A DNA stretch of 64,000 nucleotides from Eledone cirrhosa (taxonomy: Eukaryota): assembly GCA_964016885.1 (NCBI GenBank), contig OZ024741.1, forward strand, positions 169,136,001 through 169,200,000, written 5' to 3'. The notes under the pieces are model-generated. The model had not been told where the DNA came from. It made no database searches and worked only from the letters and a program-made list of their open reading frames with translations. Positions within the stretch are counted from its first letter, which is position 1. Every line of letters begins with the position of its first letter. The translations under genes and the position numbers were made by a program. Below are positions 28,253-43,369 of the stretch, piece after piece.

Positions 28253-28838
28253 CATGGTGGCTGCCAACTCGTTTTCGAGTACGGCCACTACTTTATATCC
28301 ATGTAGGAGAACCCCTACCGATGCGCTGAACGAGTGTGACTTTTTAGTCCAGTCAATGACTTGAAAACTCTGGTACAAACACTACACTTGTGACAATTAT
28401 TGACACATAGTGCTGGGCCCATGGTACCATGTGACGACAAGTGCAGAGAGATCTCCAGATATAAAGCAATGCCTGTGCCATGAAGCTTTTATAGTGAGCA
28501 AAGGCACTGCACAAAGCCAGTCCCACTCTCTTAACCAAGATGATATTTACCAAAAAGAAGAACAAGTCAACATCATTGGATACCATCAGGGTTGCAGGTG
28601 TTATATCAGAGTTTTCCTTCTCCTAGAATTCTGCCTTGACAAAGGCTAAGGGGGTCATCTCTCCCAGTGATTTTGGATGGCCATTGACTCTTAAGAGCTC
28701 CTTTGCCCTTTGACAGGTTTTGTTTTTAGTCCTGCAGGATGTCCAAAGTCACCCTCCTCACCAAGAAACCTAGGTGGGGGTTGCCAGTTTAGTCGCCAAC
28801 GACCCGAACAGGGGACAGATTGTACTGGGATACATGTT
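28253..28838 (-). mobile_element. About 600-bp non-coding retroelement in (CATA)n, copy 2 (tandem with copy 1)
   Basis: Direct repeat of 27498-28100. Confidence 0.75.
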
Positions 28839-28848
28839 ACATACATAT

Positions 28849-28886
<38 letters not shown>

Positions 28887-28897
28887 ACATACATACA

Positions 28898-28928
<31 letters not shown>

Positions 28929-30495
28929 TCATGCATCATATTGAGATTTCTCAATGTGTGTGTACATTAATATACAAATATATATATTAGTATTTATCAG
29001 TGAATATGTGCATGTGTATGTGTGTGGAGGCAGAGCTTGTGTGTGAATGCATAATCATATTTCCAGTGTGTTTGTCTACAATGTTTAGCAGCTGTCTGTA
29101 GCCAACCATCTTTCAATGAAAGTTCTTATGGAAGCTATTGTTTTGAAAAAGACTTCACCACTTCCATTATTATAAATGAAACCACTCAGTTATATTAAAC
29201 AAACACTCACCACAATCTGAGAGGAAAGAAAATCCGTTTTTATTTTTCTTCTTCTTCTTCAGGCGAGTTTACACTCACCTAATCTTTGGAACTTTGTAAA
29301 CAGGAGACTTCATTTCCTAATGACCGATTTCATATTTTCTTGAGAAGGAGGATAGTTAAGTGGCTGAGGTGTTTGGCTCATGATCACAATGTTGTGAATT
29401 TGATTCTTGACAGTGTGTTGTGTTCTTCAGCAAGACACTCTACTTCACATTACTCTTGTCCATTTAACTGGAAAAAATGGTTTGTACATGTATTTCAAAA
29501 GGTTGACCTTGTTACACATTGTCTCATACTGAATCTCCCTGAGAACTAGGTTAAGGGACCATGTGTTTGTTGAATGTTTAGCCACTTGCACATTAATTCC
29601 ACAAGTAGGCTGTTCCATTGTTTTAAACAGCTGGACCACTCACTGTTAGAACTGATGGAAGTCCAACACACAACACAAAACACATTTCTCTTCCATCATC
29701 GGTCTAAATATTGTTGTTCACACGTTTAATGGTGACTGGTTATATCTAAGTATGTTTATGTGTTAGACCTCTGTCAGTTCCAGCATGTGTTCTAATTGTT
29801 CAATCAATGGTGCAGTTTACTCAGGAAATTAACATGCAACTGGTTGAGTATTCCACAGACATGTGTACCTTTAACGTAAATCTCAAAGAGATTCAATGTG
29901 ACACAATATGTGACATTGCTAGACCTTTGAATTGGATGTACAATCTATCTAACAGTTTTCCACACACTTTCTGTCTACCCAATTTCATTCACAGGGTTTT
30001 GATCCACCTGAGGCTATTGTAAATAATATTTGTCCAAAATTCCACAAAGTGAGATTAAACCTGGGGCCTCATAATTGATAAACTAATTTCTTGACCATTT
30101 AAGCATGCCTGTGTCTATTTGATTAAAGAAGTGTAGATGTTAACTAGTTACAATGTTTCTACACATCCCTCTATTAGTCCTTAACTCCTGATGGAGTTTA
30201 GGTGCACCGTCGTAACATACTGCCTCTTGGGCATTTAAGTCTGGTGGAGTCCAGCACTACCCACATCTTACTTGTTTATTTTTTTCTTATTTTCTATTTA
30301 GCATGTTAAAGAGAAATCATAGAGGGGAAAGTTTTGCAAAGAGTGGTGGAGATAAACTCACAGTGCAAGATTGTAGATAGTGGCTGTCCTGGTGTTATTT
30401 GGAATTCTTCAAATTATGTAGTTATGTAGGATGCATTTCAGCACCTGAGAGCAGCAATTTAACAAATATATATATGTATGTACATATACTTGTAC

Positions 30496-30597
<102 letters not shown>

Positions 30598-31607
30598 CAC
30601 AAGTAAACAGAAACAACAAAGCAAAAAATACAGTACAGAGAAAGAAAGTGAAAAAGAGACAGAGGAAAAAATGGCAAAGTTAATCTTGGCAAGATTTAAA
30701 CTCAGAGCACAGTGAGCTAAAACAAATACAGAGGCATTTAATCCAACACCCTAAAGATTCTGCCAATCTACTACCTTAGATTATGTAAAGCAGATAGATA
30801 ACTTCTTCCATTCAAACAAATTATAGTATTGCTTTTTCTAATGTTGAACAATTTGCTTGTTGTCAGAAATCTGTAATATTATATGATACAGTATGTCTTT
30901 TGTTAACTTTGAAGGGGGTGGAATCGATTTCTTCCAAGAGAATTGGTAATTTGCTTGCATCTTAAAGTTTAAACAGTAATACCACAAAGCAATCTCTGCG
31001 ATATTCTAATGACTGCCAGTTTATCGCATTTCAGAATGTTTATTTTTAATGAACAGAAATAGTCCTTTGATAATAATAGAGAAAACAAAAATAATCTGCA
31101 GAATTATCCAAATATAGACAATTCTATTTATTTAGCTGTTAACTTGAAAAACATTACTGTGGACACTAGCTAACTACATAGATAAATGCAGGTTATCATA
31201 TGTAGATTTCTTCTATGGTATACACAAACAGTCATTATACTTGCAGCTGCACACCTATCACATAAGATCACTACTATATAAAAGTATTGGACCATCATCG
31301 GTTCCAATGACAAGTGATCCAGTTGTTCAATAAGTGAAACAGCCTGCTTGTGAAATAAAGGCTAAATGGCTACGCATTCTACAGACATATGTAATCTTAA
31401 TGAAGATCTCATGGAAATTTAGTATTATAGTGTATGTGGCAGAGCATGCCACAGACTTGTGTACTATTAACACAGGTTGCAAGGAGATTCAGTATGACAA
31501 AGTACAGCTGGCCCTTTGAATTACAGGTACAGTCGATCTGATGGGCTTCCAAATAGTATCTGGTTACACAATCAAAAAAGTATGGGTTGACCCGAGGTTA
31601 TGGTATA

Positions 31608-31825
31608 TAATTGTTTCTACTTTAGGCACAAGGCCAGCAATTTGAAGAGGGGGTGTGGTAAAGGTCGATTAAATCGACCTCAGTGCATTACTGGTGCTTT
31701 ATTTATCGACCTTGTAAGGCTGAAAGGCAAAGCTAACCTCGGCGGGATTTTGAAAACAGAATGTAAAGGGCCGAAACACTATGTTGCGAAGAATGGTGTC
31801 CGATGCTCTATCGATACTACCAAAC
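31608..31825 (-). mobile_element. Meta-type SINE
   Basis: aggcacaaggccagcaattt..gaaaggcaaagctaacctcggcgg. Confidence 0.65.
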
Positions 31826-33324
31826 ACTTGCCCAAGATGTCATGAAGTGAAATCAAAATCAGGTCCTAATGATTGGAAATCCTGTACCATTCTGTCATGC
31901 TGCATCCACACTACTATATTACTACACCACTGGAGTCGAAGTAGATGAATTATGCCATTGTTCCAACTTCTAGAAATTGCAGCCAGGTTTCCATCAAATC
32001 ACATTGTACTTTCTTAAACATTGCAATACATTGGATATGATTATATTAGATACTTTCAATCTATCTCTGATAGAGTCAAGGGGGTAAAGTAGTGATATAC
32101 AACATGTCTTGGACATTTTAAATTGGTGGAACCCAGTCTTCCCTAGTCAGAAAGCAGAGAAATGAGAGAGTTGAGAAAGAGATATAGAGAAAAAAATCAA
32201 AATTGATACATTATTTATCGACTGCAAAAGTTGATTTGGTCGGATTTGAACTCATAGTGCAGAGTGAAGCATTCTGTCTGACATTCAGTTGATGTTGCCA
32301 CTTCATCACCTTACAACGATAGATACACAATGCCTAAAATAAAAGATTGAATGGTAACACCATCAACGAAATCATTACTTCATATACATCATCACCATTT
32401 AACATTTCTTTTCCATGCTTGCATGAGTTAGTTTGGTCAGTACTGAGGCTTGACTAGTCACCACTTCTTGCTTGAACACTCTGTTTTCGGCATAGTGTCT
32501 TTCTATGGCTAGATATCCTTCATAACACCAGCCACACTACACTATGATGGGGACCATTTCATCATGATTCCAGTAAATAACACCTTACAGAGAGGACTGG
32601 GTGCTTTTTATTGTGACACCAACATTACCATACAGCATGAACTGGGTGCTTTTTATCATGGCACTAGTATATATATAAACAGTGGGCTGTGTCGTTACTT
32701 GATAAAGTGTGTTTCTTCCAAATTTTTATTAATTTTTTGCTGTGACCTGTTTTTTCTTTCTCTCCATTTACTTTGTTGCTATTAACTCTTTCCCTTTCTT
32801 TTTTTCCCTCCCTTTCTCCCCCTACTCCCCTCCCCTCTCTCTCTCTCACTTATACTCTCTTTTTCTCTGCTCCCCTTCTACTTCAGTTTTCTCTCATCTC
32901 TGCCTCTTTTCGCCTACTCCCACTGAGGTTAGACTTGTTTTCATTCACTCTCCCTATCTCACTGTCCATAAAAGCCTCTTATGTTCAGTAGCTGTTTTGA
33001 CTTCTCTCTCTCTCACCCACTTACTTACATACATGTGCTTCTCTTCGTATTTGCTCTTTCTTCGGTATGTTCTCCAGCAGACAACTGAAGAAGGATTGTC
33101 CCCTGTTTGTGCTTTCCTTTTATTTATTTATTTATATATATATATAAGAAGTGCACAAGCAGCCGAAGTGTATGATAAAGTTATATATGTATAAATACAA
33201 AGTGTGTAACCGAGACTGCATCAACGTCATATACATAATAGATGTATATATATTTATACACGTTGGTGACATCTCAGTTACACACTCTGTATGTATACAG
33301 ATATAACTTAATCATACCTATCTA

Positions 33325-33865
<541 letters not shown>

Positions 33866-34196
33866 TGTGTATCCCAGGTTCAATCGAGGGTAACCACAGT
33901 AAGTAAGGTACTCAATTCAGTTGGCTTTCCTGATGATTTTCTTCGAATGAAACAGTTCTTGTCTTGTAGACATCATTTCTATATGTAATTAAAAATATGT
34001 CTGCTGGACCCACGAGCAAAGGGACGAGTTTTTCCTGCCAGCGGCATATCACGAAATCAAATTTCATTTGAGGATACCGTTCTCATAACAACAATATATG
34101 CTTGAATTACATCTTCATTGCATGGGAGAACTGTTGAAATAATTATAATGAATAAACGATTTATGTAACATCACCATCTTTATTAATATAATTACA

Positions 34197-34258
<62 letters not shown>

Positions 34259-34259
34259 C

Positions 34260-35000
34260 AAAAGTTTATATGGTTCGTTGATTATTCAACGAATTCAATT
34301 TTACAATAGATTAGAAGCACTCAACAGAATTTATCTGGAGTATCTATAATATTCAAAATATTAATAGATGAGAAATATTATCATAACCAAAGTATATATT
34401 TTATTATACATATTTCAAAGGTACAAAGGTGCTTCAGTACGTTTTCATCAGATAAGAGATTGGTTTTACGACATACCCCTAAGGTCTTGAACCTTCAATC
34501 CCTGTAGTGATAGTAAGTTATTTCCCCAACTCTCAACATTTATATACCACAAATAATATGATAAACTTAGAGAAGAAGATGTAAATCAATAAAGAAATAT
34601 AGACGGGAAGTTGAAAGGGAAGGTGCGGAGAGAAAAAAGAAGGGAAAGAGAAAATAAAAGGAGAGGATAAAAAACCGTTGTATTCAGACCCTAGACAGAA
34701 AATGCAAAAATTATTCTTATTATTTATCAATGAATGATTACGCTTTAATCTAGATTAATAGGCATAGATTAATTTCTACAGCAATCGATATAAGTTCTTA
34801 CATATTTATATGCTTAAATTGATTTAATTTAATTTAATTCATAGAAATAGGTCTGAATGCCCGCTACAAAATAATTTCCTTGATAAAAATCTTGTATATA
34901 AATGTTCCATTAAAGCAAATGGTAACGTCTATAATTACATAGGAGTCACTTCATCTAAATTTAAGGACCGTTGGTATAATCACAAATATACTTTTAATAT
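34260..35000 (+). mobile_element. Degenerate Hydra-like PLE remnant (RT thumb plus GIY-YIG)
   Basis: 34848-34997 translates as RSECPLQNNFLDKNLVYKCSIKANGNVYNYIGVTSSKFKDRWYNHKYTF. Confidence 0.7.
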
Positions 35001-35202
35001 ATAAAATATACATATATATATGTCCAAACATTTCTATACTTTATATGTTCATTCTGTAATTACCACAACAGAGGTCCGACAAGCTTTTGATTCCAGAGTC
35101 AGGCCAGATTGATATAGATCAAACCTTGCTGATCAATAGCGAAACGTGCATCACCAATCAATAAACATAATGAAGACAGAGCAAATATATATATATATAT
35201 AG

Positions 35203-35334
<132 letters not shown>

Positions 35335-35335
35335 T

Positions 35336-35670
35336 ATATATAAGATCAAAAAATGGTTAAAAGAGTTCCATGTATTTTAATATGCGCATTTCAAAAACAA
35401 ATATCATCATGCAATAACATTTGTGTTTTCATCAGATAAAATAGGAAGACATGATATGAAGGTTAAAAAACACTTGTGGATAGTGCAGTTTTAAATCAAT
35501 ATATATGTTGATTTAAAACTGCACTATCCACAAGTATTTTTTAACCTTCATATCATGTCTTCCTATTTTATCTGATGAAAACACAAATGTTATTGCATGA
35601 TGATATTTGTTTTTGAAATGCGCATAATAAAATACATGGAACTCTTTTAACCATCTTTTGATCTTATATA
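35336..35670. repeat. About 165-bp near-perfect palindrome next to (TA)n
   Basis: 35336-35499 is inverted at 35508-35670. Confidence 0.9.
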
Positions 35671-35869
35671 TTATGTATACTCCAGTCCTACAAACTGTAG
35701 AGTGCTTCTTATCCAATATCTGCATTGCTTTATTGTACTACAATAAAACTTACCTCCTACATATATATATAGAGAGAGAGAGAGAGAGAAAAATACTGCA
35801 GGTAGCACATGGTAACATGTAATAAAATAAGTCCCTCATCAGTGATTTGCCGAAGATCATAGATATTTC

Positions 35870-35906
<37 letters not shown>

Positions 35907-36009
35907 TCATACATATATATATACATATATCTCCCGTCTAAACCCATGCTAGCGTGGAAGATAGACGTTAAACGATGATGATGATGATGATACATATATA
36001 TACATATAC

Positions 36010-36040
<31 letters not shown>

Positions 36041-36151
36041 CATATACATTATAAATACATATACATTATAAATACATATACATGTATAAATACATATACA
36101 TATATATACATATACATATACATATATATATACATATACATATATATATAC

Positions 36152-36185
<34 letters not shown>

Positions 36186-36264
36186 TCTTTTACGTCCGCT
36201 TTTTCCCTGCTTGCAAGGGTATAAATACAAATACATATATATATACATATATATATATATATAC

Positions 36265-36385
<121 letters not shown>

Positions 36386-36454
36386 ATGGTAGCTAAGATG
36401 CTTCCATAGGCAGTATCCTGGTTGAGCACTCTATGTTCTACAGAGGAGAGTGTG

Positions 36455-36690
36455 ATATAATATAAAACGAAAAATCAGTGATGCATCTGAACTCAATTTA
36501 TAGTTTGTTACAATTGTTTCGCCGGCGGACAGCTCGAGACACGATCATTGTGTGGATCTGTCTGATTCTGGATCCAGAATCAGACAGATCCGTACAATGA
36601 TTGTGTCTCGAGCTGTCCGCCGGTGAAACAATTGTAACACACAATAAATTGAGTTCAGATGGATCACTGATTTTTCGTTTTATATTATAT
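36455..36690. repeat. Spacer-less palindrome with arms of about 118 bp
   Basis: Centre ctggatccag at 36568-36577. Contains GAAACAATTGTA, the 3' half of a hammerhead. Confidence 0.9.
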
Positions 36691-36756
36691 ATATATATAT
36701 ACGTGGGAAAGTAAGAATTCGGAGAATAAACCGTTAAAACATGTTTATTTAAAACA

Positions 36757-36796
36757 GCACCTACGTACGTTTCGCCCAGTTGGGCTTCTCAGGGGC
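36757..36796 (-). ncRNA. Variant hammerhead (CUGAGA core) in the PLE 3' region
   Basis: gccc CTGAGA a gccc aact gggc GAAA cgtacg TA ggtgc. Confidence 0.65.
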
Positions 36797-39700
36797 ATAA
36801 ATAACCAAAAGTGTTCCTTACATTGCTCGGAAAGAGTTTTGGGGGTTAAATTCACGTCAAGGTTGATTGCTCGCAAAAATAGCCTGTTTTGATTTTGCAG
36901 CAGGTTAAGGGAGGTAACTCTGGCCGGTGTTAGGGCAGTCTTTCCCGGACAAATTTCTATCCGCTACAAGATGAAGTTACAACCTTACCATTGTCGATAC
37001 GCACAGGGTCATGTAACCAACGCTTATTTTGAGACGTTTGTTTTTCCGCATCTGTTTGTCTGAGTCGTTTGAGGCTGGGTCTGGTATGCAAGGTTAGTTT
37101 CTTGGGTGTTATTTTGCAGCGCCTGCCCGCCGGGGTGTTAAGACTAGTTGCAGGGAGATCCGGTGCACGGTTTCACTCCTCATCCTTAACCCATCTGAAG
37201 AAGGATATTTTTAAGCGATGTGTTCAACTTATCGCTGTTTCAGCTCTGCTGTTGATGAGCTTGTGGGGTGCAGTTATGATGTGGTAGAGCTCCATGAGGC
37301 AAAGATCGCATTTCCTCTTGAAGTTGTACGGTGCAGCCCTGCCGACAATATCCCAGTGCGTGGAGAAGCTGATGTTTAAGTCCTTTAGTGAGGTGATGTA
37401 GACCGCGAGCGAAGTGGAGTGTCTTAGTTTTTTTATTTGTGAAAGAGTGGAGATGTGTTCGGAACCTAATTTTGAACGGGCTGGAGGTAGCCTCTATATA
37501 ATGTTTAACGCTATTGTGACTAGTTACAGTGCATCTATATATAACCCTATCAGTCAAGCAGTATCCTCTAAGGGGGCAGCGTCCTCTGTCGCGGCAGTTG
37601 CAATTTCTGTCGCGGTTCCATCTATTTCCCACGGTAAGGCTATCATTGTTGCTGCCTACGCTCCCGCAGCTGTCGTTAGCACCATTACAACCCACAGCAC
37701 GCGGGGTGGTGCGATTGTTATTCCGCACGTCATGTCCTGCATGTTCCCCAGTCATTTCGCGGTTATGCTGGTTGCGTCTGCGGAGGCCGTTGCCAGCACT
37801 ATTGGATGCTGCTAGGGAGTTGTTAAGGCCGATATAGTTATTGTCAGGTGTAGGTGCGTCTGTGTCGAGATGCTGTGTCTTGGTGATCTTACTGTGGTTC
37901 GTTGTTCCTATGTCTGCTAGGTTAAGAGTAGTAGAGAAGGATATTTTTATATTGTTCCTATTAAGAATTTTTCTATACCTATGGTTGGGCGGTAAGTTCT
38001 TCTCTAAGGCTTCGAAGAACATCCGGGGTATGTTGGAGGCCACACTCCGAGAGTAGGGGTGGAACTATAGGATGTTACGGTGGCGATTACGTGTCCTTGT
38101 ACGTTTGCTACGGGTGGTTCCATCTAGGTGACCGCTCTTATGTGTGTTAATGGCCGTAGCCCGTTAGGTGCCCCTTTCACTTTATGCTCGGGTGCACTCT
38201 TCTTCCCTCTTCCATATTTATGTACAGGAAGATGTTGGTTGGAAGGCGTTGGTAGTAGGCCGTCGCCTTTGTTGGTTTTGTAATAGGGGAATAGTTCGAG
38301 TAATCTACAGTGGTCACCGTCGCCGGGGCCGTGATCTTTAGTGCGATTATCTATTCTATTATATCCGACTTCAACGAGGTCGCCGCGTGATCGGTTATAG
38401 GTATAGCTTACTATAACTGACCTGGTGGGGATATACCTCCTACATAAGCTTAGGGACGAGATACCGGCCCTACAAGGAGGTGTATATAGGGACGATGCCC
38501 TGTTTACCGTTAGGAACCTTAGCCCCCGTACGATAGAGAAGCTTAACAAACATATACACAGGTTCTTCAAGTCATACGGTCTATCCGTAACTATGGACTT
38601 CAACCACAAGGTTGTCAACTTCCTGGACGTGACCCTGGAGTTGAGTACGGGCTTATACAAGCCATACCATAAGCCTGGAGAGTGCCTCTCTTATATTAAT
38701 TATGCCTCCAACCACCCTAAGCAGACTCTCAACTCCATAGTCTATAGTATCTCACATAGAATCTCGAGGCTATCCGCCAATGAGGATATATTCAACCAAG
38801 CGCCAGATTACTACAATAGGACCCTGATAAGCGTCGGCTTTAACCGAGGAATTTCCTACATCCCTAACGCTAGCTCTAGAAACCACCCCCCTCATAAAAC
38901 GAACGTTATAGTAAGCCATACCTATAACCGATCACGCGGAGACCTCGTTGAAGTCGGATATAATAGAATAGATAATCGCACTAAAGATCACGGCCCCGGC
39001 GACGGTGACCACTGTAGATTACTCGAACTATTCCCCTATTACAAAACCAACAAAGGCGACGGCCTACTACCAACGCCTTCCAACCAACATCTTCCTGTAC
39101 ATAAACATGGAAGAGGGAAGAAGAGTGCACCCGAGCATAAAGTGAAAGGGGCACCAAACGGGCTACGGCGCATTAACACACATAAGAGCGGTCACCTAGA
39201 TGGAATCACCCGTTGCAAACGTACAAGGACACGTAATCGCCACTGCAACATCCTATAGTTCCACCCCCACCCCCTACACTCGGAGTGTGACCTCCAACAT
39301 ACCCCGGATGTTCTTCGAAGCCTTAGAGAAGAACTTCCCGCCCAACCATAGGTATAGAAAAATTCTTAATAGGAACAATATAAAAATATCCTTCTCTACT
39401 ACTCCTAATCTAGCAGACATCATAGGAACAACGAACCACAGTAAGATCACCAAGACACAGCATCTCGACACAGACGCACCTAGACCTGACAATAACTATA
39501 TCGGCCTTAACAACTCCCTAGCAGCATTCAATAGTGCTGGCAACGGCCTCCGCAGACGCAATCAGCATAACCGCGAAATGACTGGGGAACATGCAGGACA
39601 TGACGTGCGGAATAACAATCGCACCACCCCGCGTGCTGTGGGTTGTAATGGTGCTAACGACAGCTGCGGGAGCGTAGGCAGCAACAATGATAGCCTTACC

Positions 39701-40536
39701 GTGGGAAATAGATGGAACCGCGACAGAAATTGCAACTGCCGCGACAGAGGACGCTGCCCCCTTAGAGGATACTGCTTGACTGATAGGGTTATATATAGAT
39801 GCACAGTAACTAGCCACAATAGCGTTAAACATTATATAGAGGCTACCTCCGGCCCGTTCAAAATTAGGTTCCGAACACATCTCCACTCTTTCACAAATAA
39901 AAAAACTAAGACACTCCACTTCGCTCGCGGACTACATCAAATCACTAAAGGACTTAAACATCAGCTTCTCCACGCACTGGGATATTGTCGGCAGGGCTGC
40001 ACCGTACAACTTCAAGAGGAAATGCGATCTTTGCCTCATGGAGCTCTACCACATCATAACTGCACCCCACAAGCTCATCAACAGCAGAGCTGAAACAGCG
40101 ATAAGTTGAACACATCGCTTAAAAATATCCTTCTTCAAATGGGTTAAGGATGAGGAGTGAAACCGTGCACCGGATCTCCCTGCAACAAGTCTTAACACCC
40201 AGGCGGGCAGGCGCTGCAAAATAACACCCAGGCAACTAACTTTGCATACCAGACCCAGCCTCAAACGACTCAGACAAACAGATGCGGAAAAACAAGCGTC
40301 TCAAAATAAGCGTTGGTTACATGACCCTGTGCGTATCGACAATGGTAAGGTTGTAACCTCATCTTGTAGCGGATAAAAATTTGTCCGGGAAAGACTGCCC
40401 TAGAACCGGCCAGAGTTACCTCCCTTGACCTGCTGCAAAATCAAAACAAGCTATTTTTGCGAGCAATGAACCTTGACGTGAATTTAACCCCAAAAACTCT
40501 TTCTGCGCAATGTAAGGAACACTTTTGGTTATTTAT

Positions 40537-40576
40537 GCCCTTGAGAAGCCCAACTGGGCGAAACGTACGTAGGTGC
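40537..40576 (+). ncRNA. Variant hammerhead, mirror copy with C3 changed to U
   Basis: gccc TTGAGA a gccc aact gggc GAAA cgtacg TA ggtgc. Confidence 0.55.
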
Positions 40577-40796
40577 TGTTTTAAATAAACATGTTTTAAC
40601 GGTCTATTCTCCGATTTCTTACTTTCCCCACGTGCTTACGCTATGCTAACTCTCTAGCCCACGAAATATTAACACTTCGAATATTTAATACTGCCGGCAC
40701 TAGTATCGAGCACCTTTGGCATACGCTACTTGGCAAATAACTATATGTATCACCTATCCTCCCCTTTTTTTTCTCTTTCTCGATACGTAAATACTG

Positions 40797-40827
<31 letters not shown>

Positions 40828-41554
40828 TTATTTAATTGGCACAGAACTCTAGTGTATCAACGATATCAAAGTGTTTCTTAATTCAATTACATTTCACGGG
40901 GTCTATGGCCTGAAGCAGGTCATTTCCTACAAAGACATCTTGTCATTATGAATTGGTTCAACATTAAGATATGCCAAATAGATTTTTATTCTTAATTTAA
41001 ATATATTGCACAGGTTGTGGTTGTTGTTGTTGCATTTATTGTAGCAATGTTGTTATAGTTGTTGTTGCTTTTATTGAATTAATCTTGTTGTAGTTGGTGT
41101 TGCTTTTATTAGAGCAATTTTCTTCTAGTTGTTGTTTCCTAATGATTTCCTGAGCTTTTCCTGAGTAAATGAATGAAGTAATTATACATGACAGTATGAG
41201 ATTTAAGTTCAAACACCAATGGATATAACATAATGGCAAAACCATAATTGTCATACATGGGTCATCACTGTTGCCTTTCTTCTTCATATGAACATATTCT
41301 GTATATCCATGTATCTATGCATAAATTTGTATTTACATATATATGTGTGGGTGGTTGTGTGTGTTCCTTAATGTGTATACATACATATATATGTGTATGA
41401 ATATATGTGTGTGTGTATGTTTGTGGGTGTTTGTCTGTACGCTTGTGTAGTAATATGTGTATGTGTAGCTTCAAATATAATACTGAAAAGAAATACAATG
41501 AACAAACATGTCAACTAAGTATGCCATTTTCAAAAGATTCATTCAGTTTTCATT

Positions 41555-42060
41555 TTCATCATCATTATCATCACTGTTTCATTTCTATTTTCCATGCTTG
41601 CATATGTTAGACAGGTTATCATATTATGAACCTAGCCAGGCCAGGTCAGGTAACCAAGTCTTGCTCATACATTTGGAGTTAGTTTCTATGGCTGGATGCC
41701 CTTTGTAACACCAACCACATTAGAGCATGTACTGGAAGCTTTTTGAGGCACTATTGCTACCACTTTACAGTTTGAACTGGCTGCTTTTCATTGTGGCACC
41801 AGAATGACCACTTAATATGGTGAATTGCATACTTTTTGTCATGGTATCAATATGACTACCTTACAGGACTGGGTGCTTTTTTTGTTGTGACAATAGCATG
41901 ACCACCTTATAGGGTAGACTGGGTACTTTTGCTATTGTGGAACCAGCACTCTCACTGTACAGGGTTGCTCTGGTGGGTTTTTTTTGTCATGGCACCAGCA
42001 CTGCGGGAGAGCATGTGTGGAGCATGTTTTGCTTTCCATCAACGTATGGGTTGGAGATGT
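41555..42060 (-). mobile_element. Old RTE/SINE tail with about 6 tandem ~50-bp modules
   Basis: Repeated accac(c/t)ttacag..gactgggtgctttt..tggcacca units. Confidence 0.6.
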
Positions 42061-42289
42061 GTACCAGGAGTGTGCAAGGTGGGTGGGGGTGAAGTAAATC
42101 CTCATCATCATTATATATCTATTTTCCCATATCCACCTGGACCAGATGAGCTGCCATGCTCAGACACTAGGCCGGACAGGAGACCACTTCTAGTTCATAC
42201 ATTCTACTTTTGTTTTAGCATGGCCTCGCCAGTCAGATGTCTTTCCAAACCCTAATGAAGCACTTTAATTTGGTACAAAGTGAATTCTG

Positions 42290-42560
42290 TCAATTCTTTT
42301 TTCTAGGGTTAGCCAAAGCTAAATAATTCTATTATTTACCTTAACTACCTCAATTACATTGTCTACCCATTTTTCTGTTGATTGTCACCAATCTAGAAAA
42401 ACTTACAGCACTGGTTTACCTGTGAGATATTTGGCTGAGGCTTCTTTCCATCTGGTCTCCTGCATACTGTGTCTGAAATGCTGAAAATGTTCATGGCCAT
42501 CTAGTCATATTTGAGTGGCTTATGAAACTTGAATTCATTTCAGCCTTCTTTCTCAAACTG
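42290..42560 (-). mobile_element. RTE APE endonuclease remnant
   Basis: QETRWKEASAKYLTGK and EKWVDNVIEVVKVNNRII. Confidence 0.6.
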
Positions 42561-43369
42561 ACCTGACCTTTACTCCCCTAATCTTCAATGGAAGTACTAT
42601 AATCAATAATTACTATTAATACATTAGGTAGCTACTATAGCCCTTGACCATTGACATTAAAGCTGCTAGATTGGTCTAGTAGGGACAGGTGATTGTGGGT
42701 GCAGGTGGGAGTAGAGATGCCAGAGAGAAAGGAGAGGAAAGGATGTAATGTAAATTAGAGAACTATAGAGATGAGGGAAAGTAAAATATTGATATTTGAT
42801 AGTGTGGACAGACAGAGAGAGAGAGGAAGAGATATAATGTATATATACAGAGGGAGTGAGTTGGGAGAGAAAAATAGACAGCATAGGTTTATGAATCAAG
42901 TGAAAATTACTATTATTTGTCAAGAAAAACAATAAATGTTAATCTATTGATATTATTTCGTAAGATAAACACTTTCATGACAAAGACAAGTTAAAAGAGA
43001 GAAGCTGAAAAGTTTCAATGCAACCAGAATATTTCACCAATTGTGGAGAAAAAAATGAAAATGATCAGTTAAGTAATTCCATTATAAGTGCTTTACTCCA
43101 AGCCGTATCTCTTCAGGAAATACAATAAAACAATAATTTGTTTAACATCAAAAGACAAATTATCAAGAATTACACAAGATTCATAGTACATAAGCAGAAA
43201 GCAGGGGCGTAGAATTGTGAATATAGTTACTGGACATGCAAAATAAAAGGTTATGTGTGCTATTCACACATAACTTAAAACACATTGTAATTAGTTATAC
43301 CAATTGTTAACAATTGTCAATTAGTTATACCAAGAGTTTTCATGAAATAAAGTTGCAGTGCCTATTTTC

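Larger units (their letters stand above)
36701..40795 (+). mobile_element. Penelope-like element (Hydra-like) with a 1.7-kb inverted duplication
   Basis: RT C-terminus in 38425..38900 (VYRDDAL, VNFLDVTL, SNHP). CxCx5C plus GIY-YIG (CNCRDRGRCPL..VIY..YIEAT..FKIR). 36701-38415 is the reverse complement of about 38906-40633. (TA)n flanks both ends. Confidence 0.92.

Noticed and set aside
33926-33965. CTGATGA..GAAA motif
   Set aside because: There is no stem I pairing, and it lies antisense to the copy-2 PIWI fragment.
38425-40093. Naiad-type selenoprotein PLE
   Set aside because: The endonuclease is C-terminal, and I saw no series of in-frame UGA codons at Cys positions.
41700-42005. CRISPR-like regularly spaced repeats
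   Set aside because: The units are degenerate tandem retroelement-tail modules with no unique spacers or cas genes, in a eukaryotic context.
42290-42560. Possible extra Piwi fragment
   Set aside because: It translates better as RTE APE endonuclease. Likewise 19600-19730 is an RTE C-terminal fragment.
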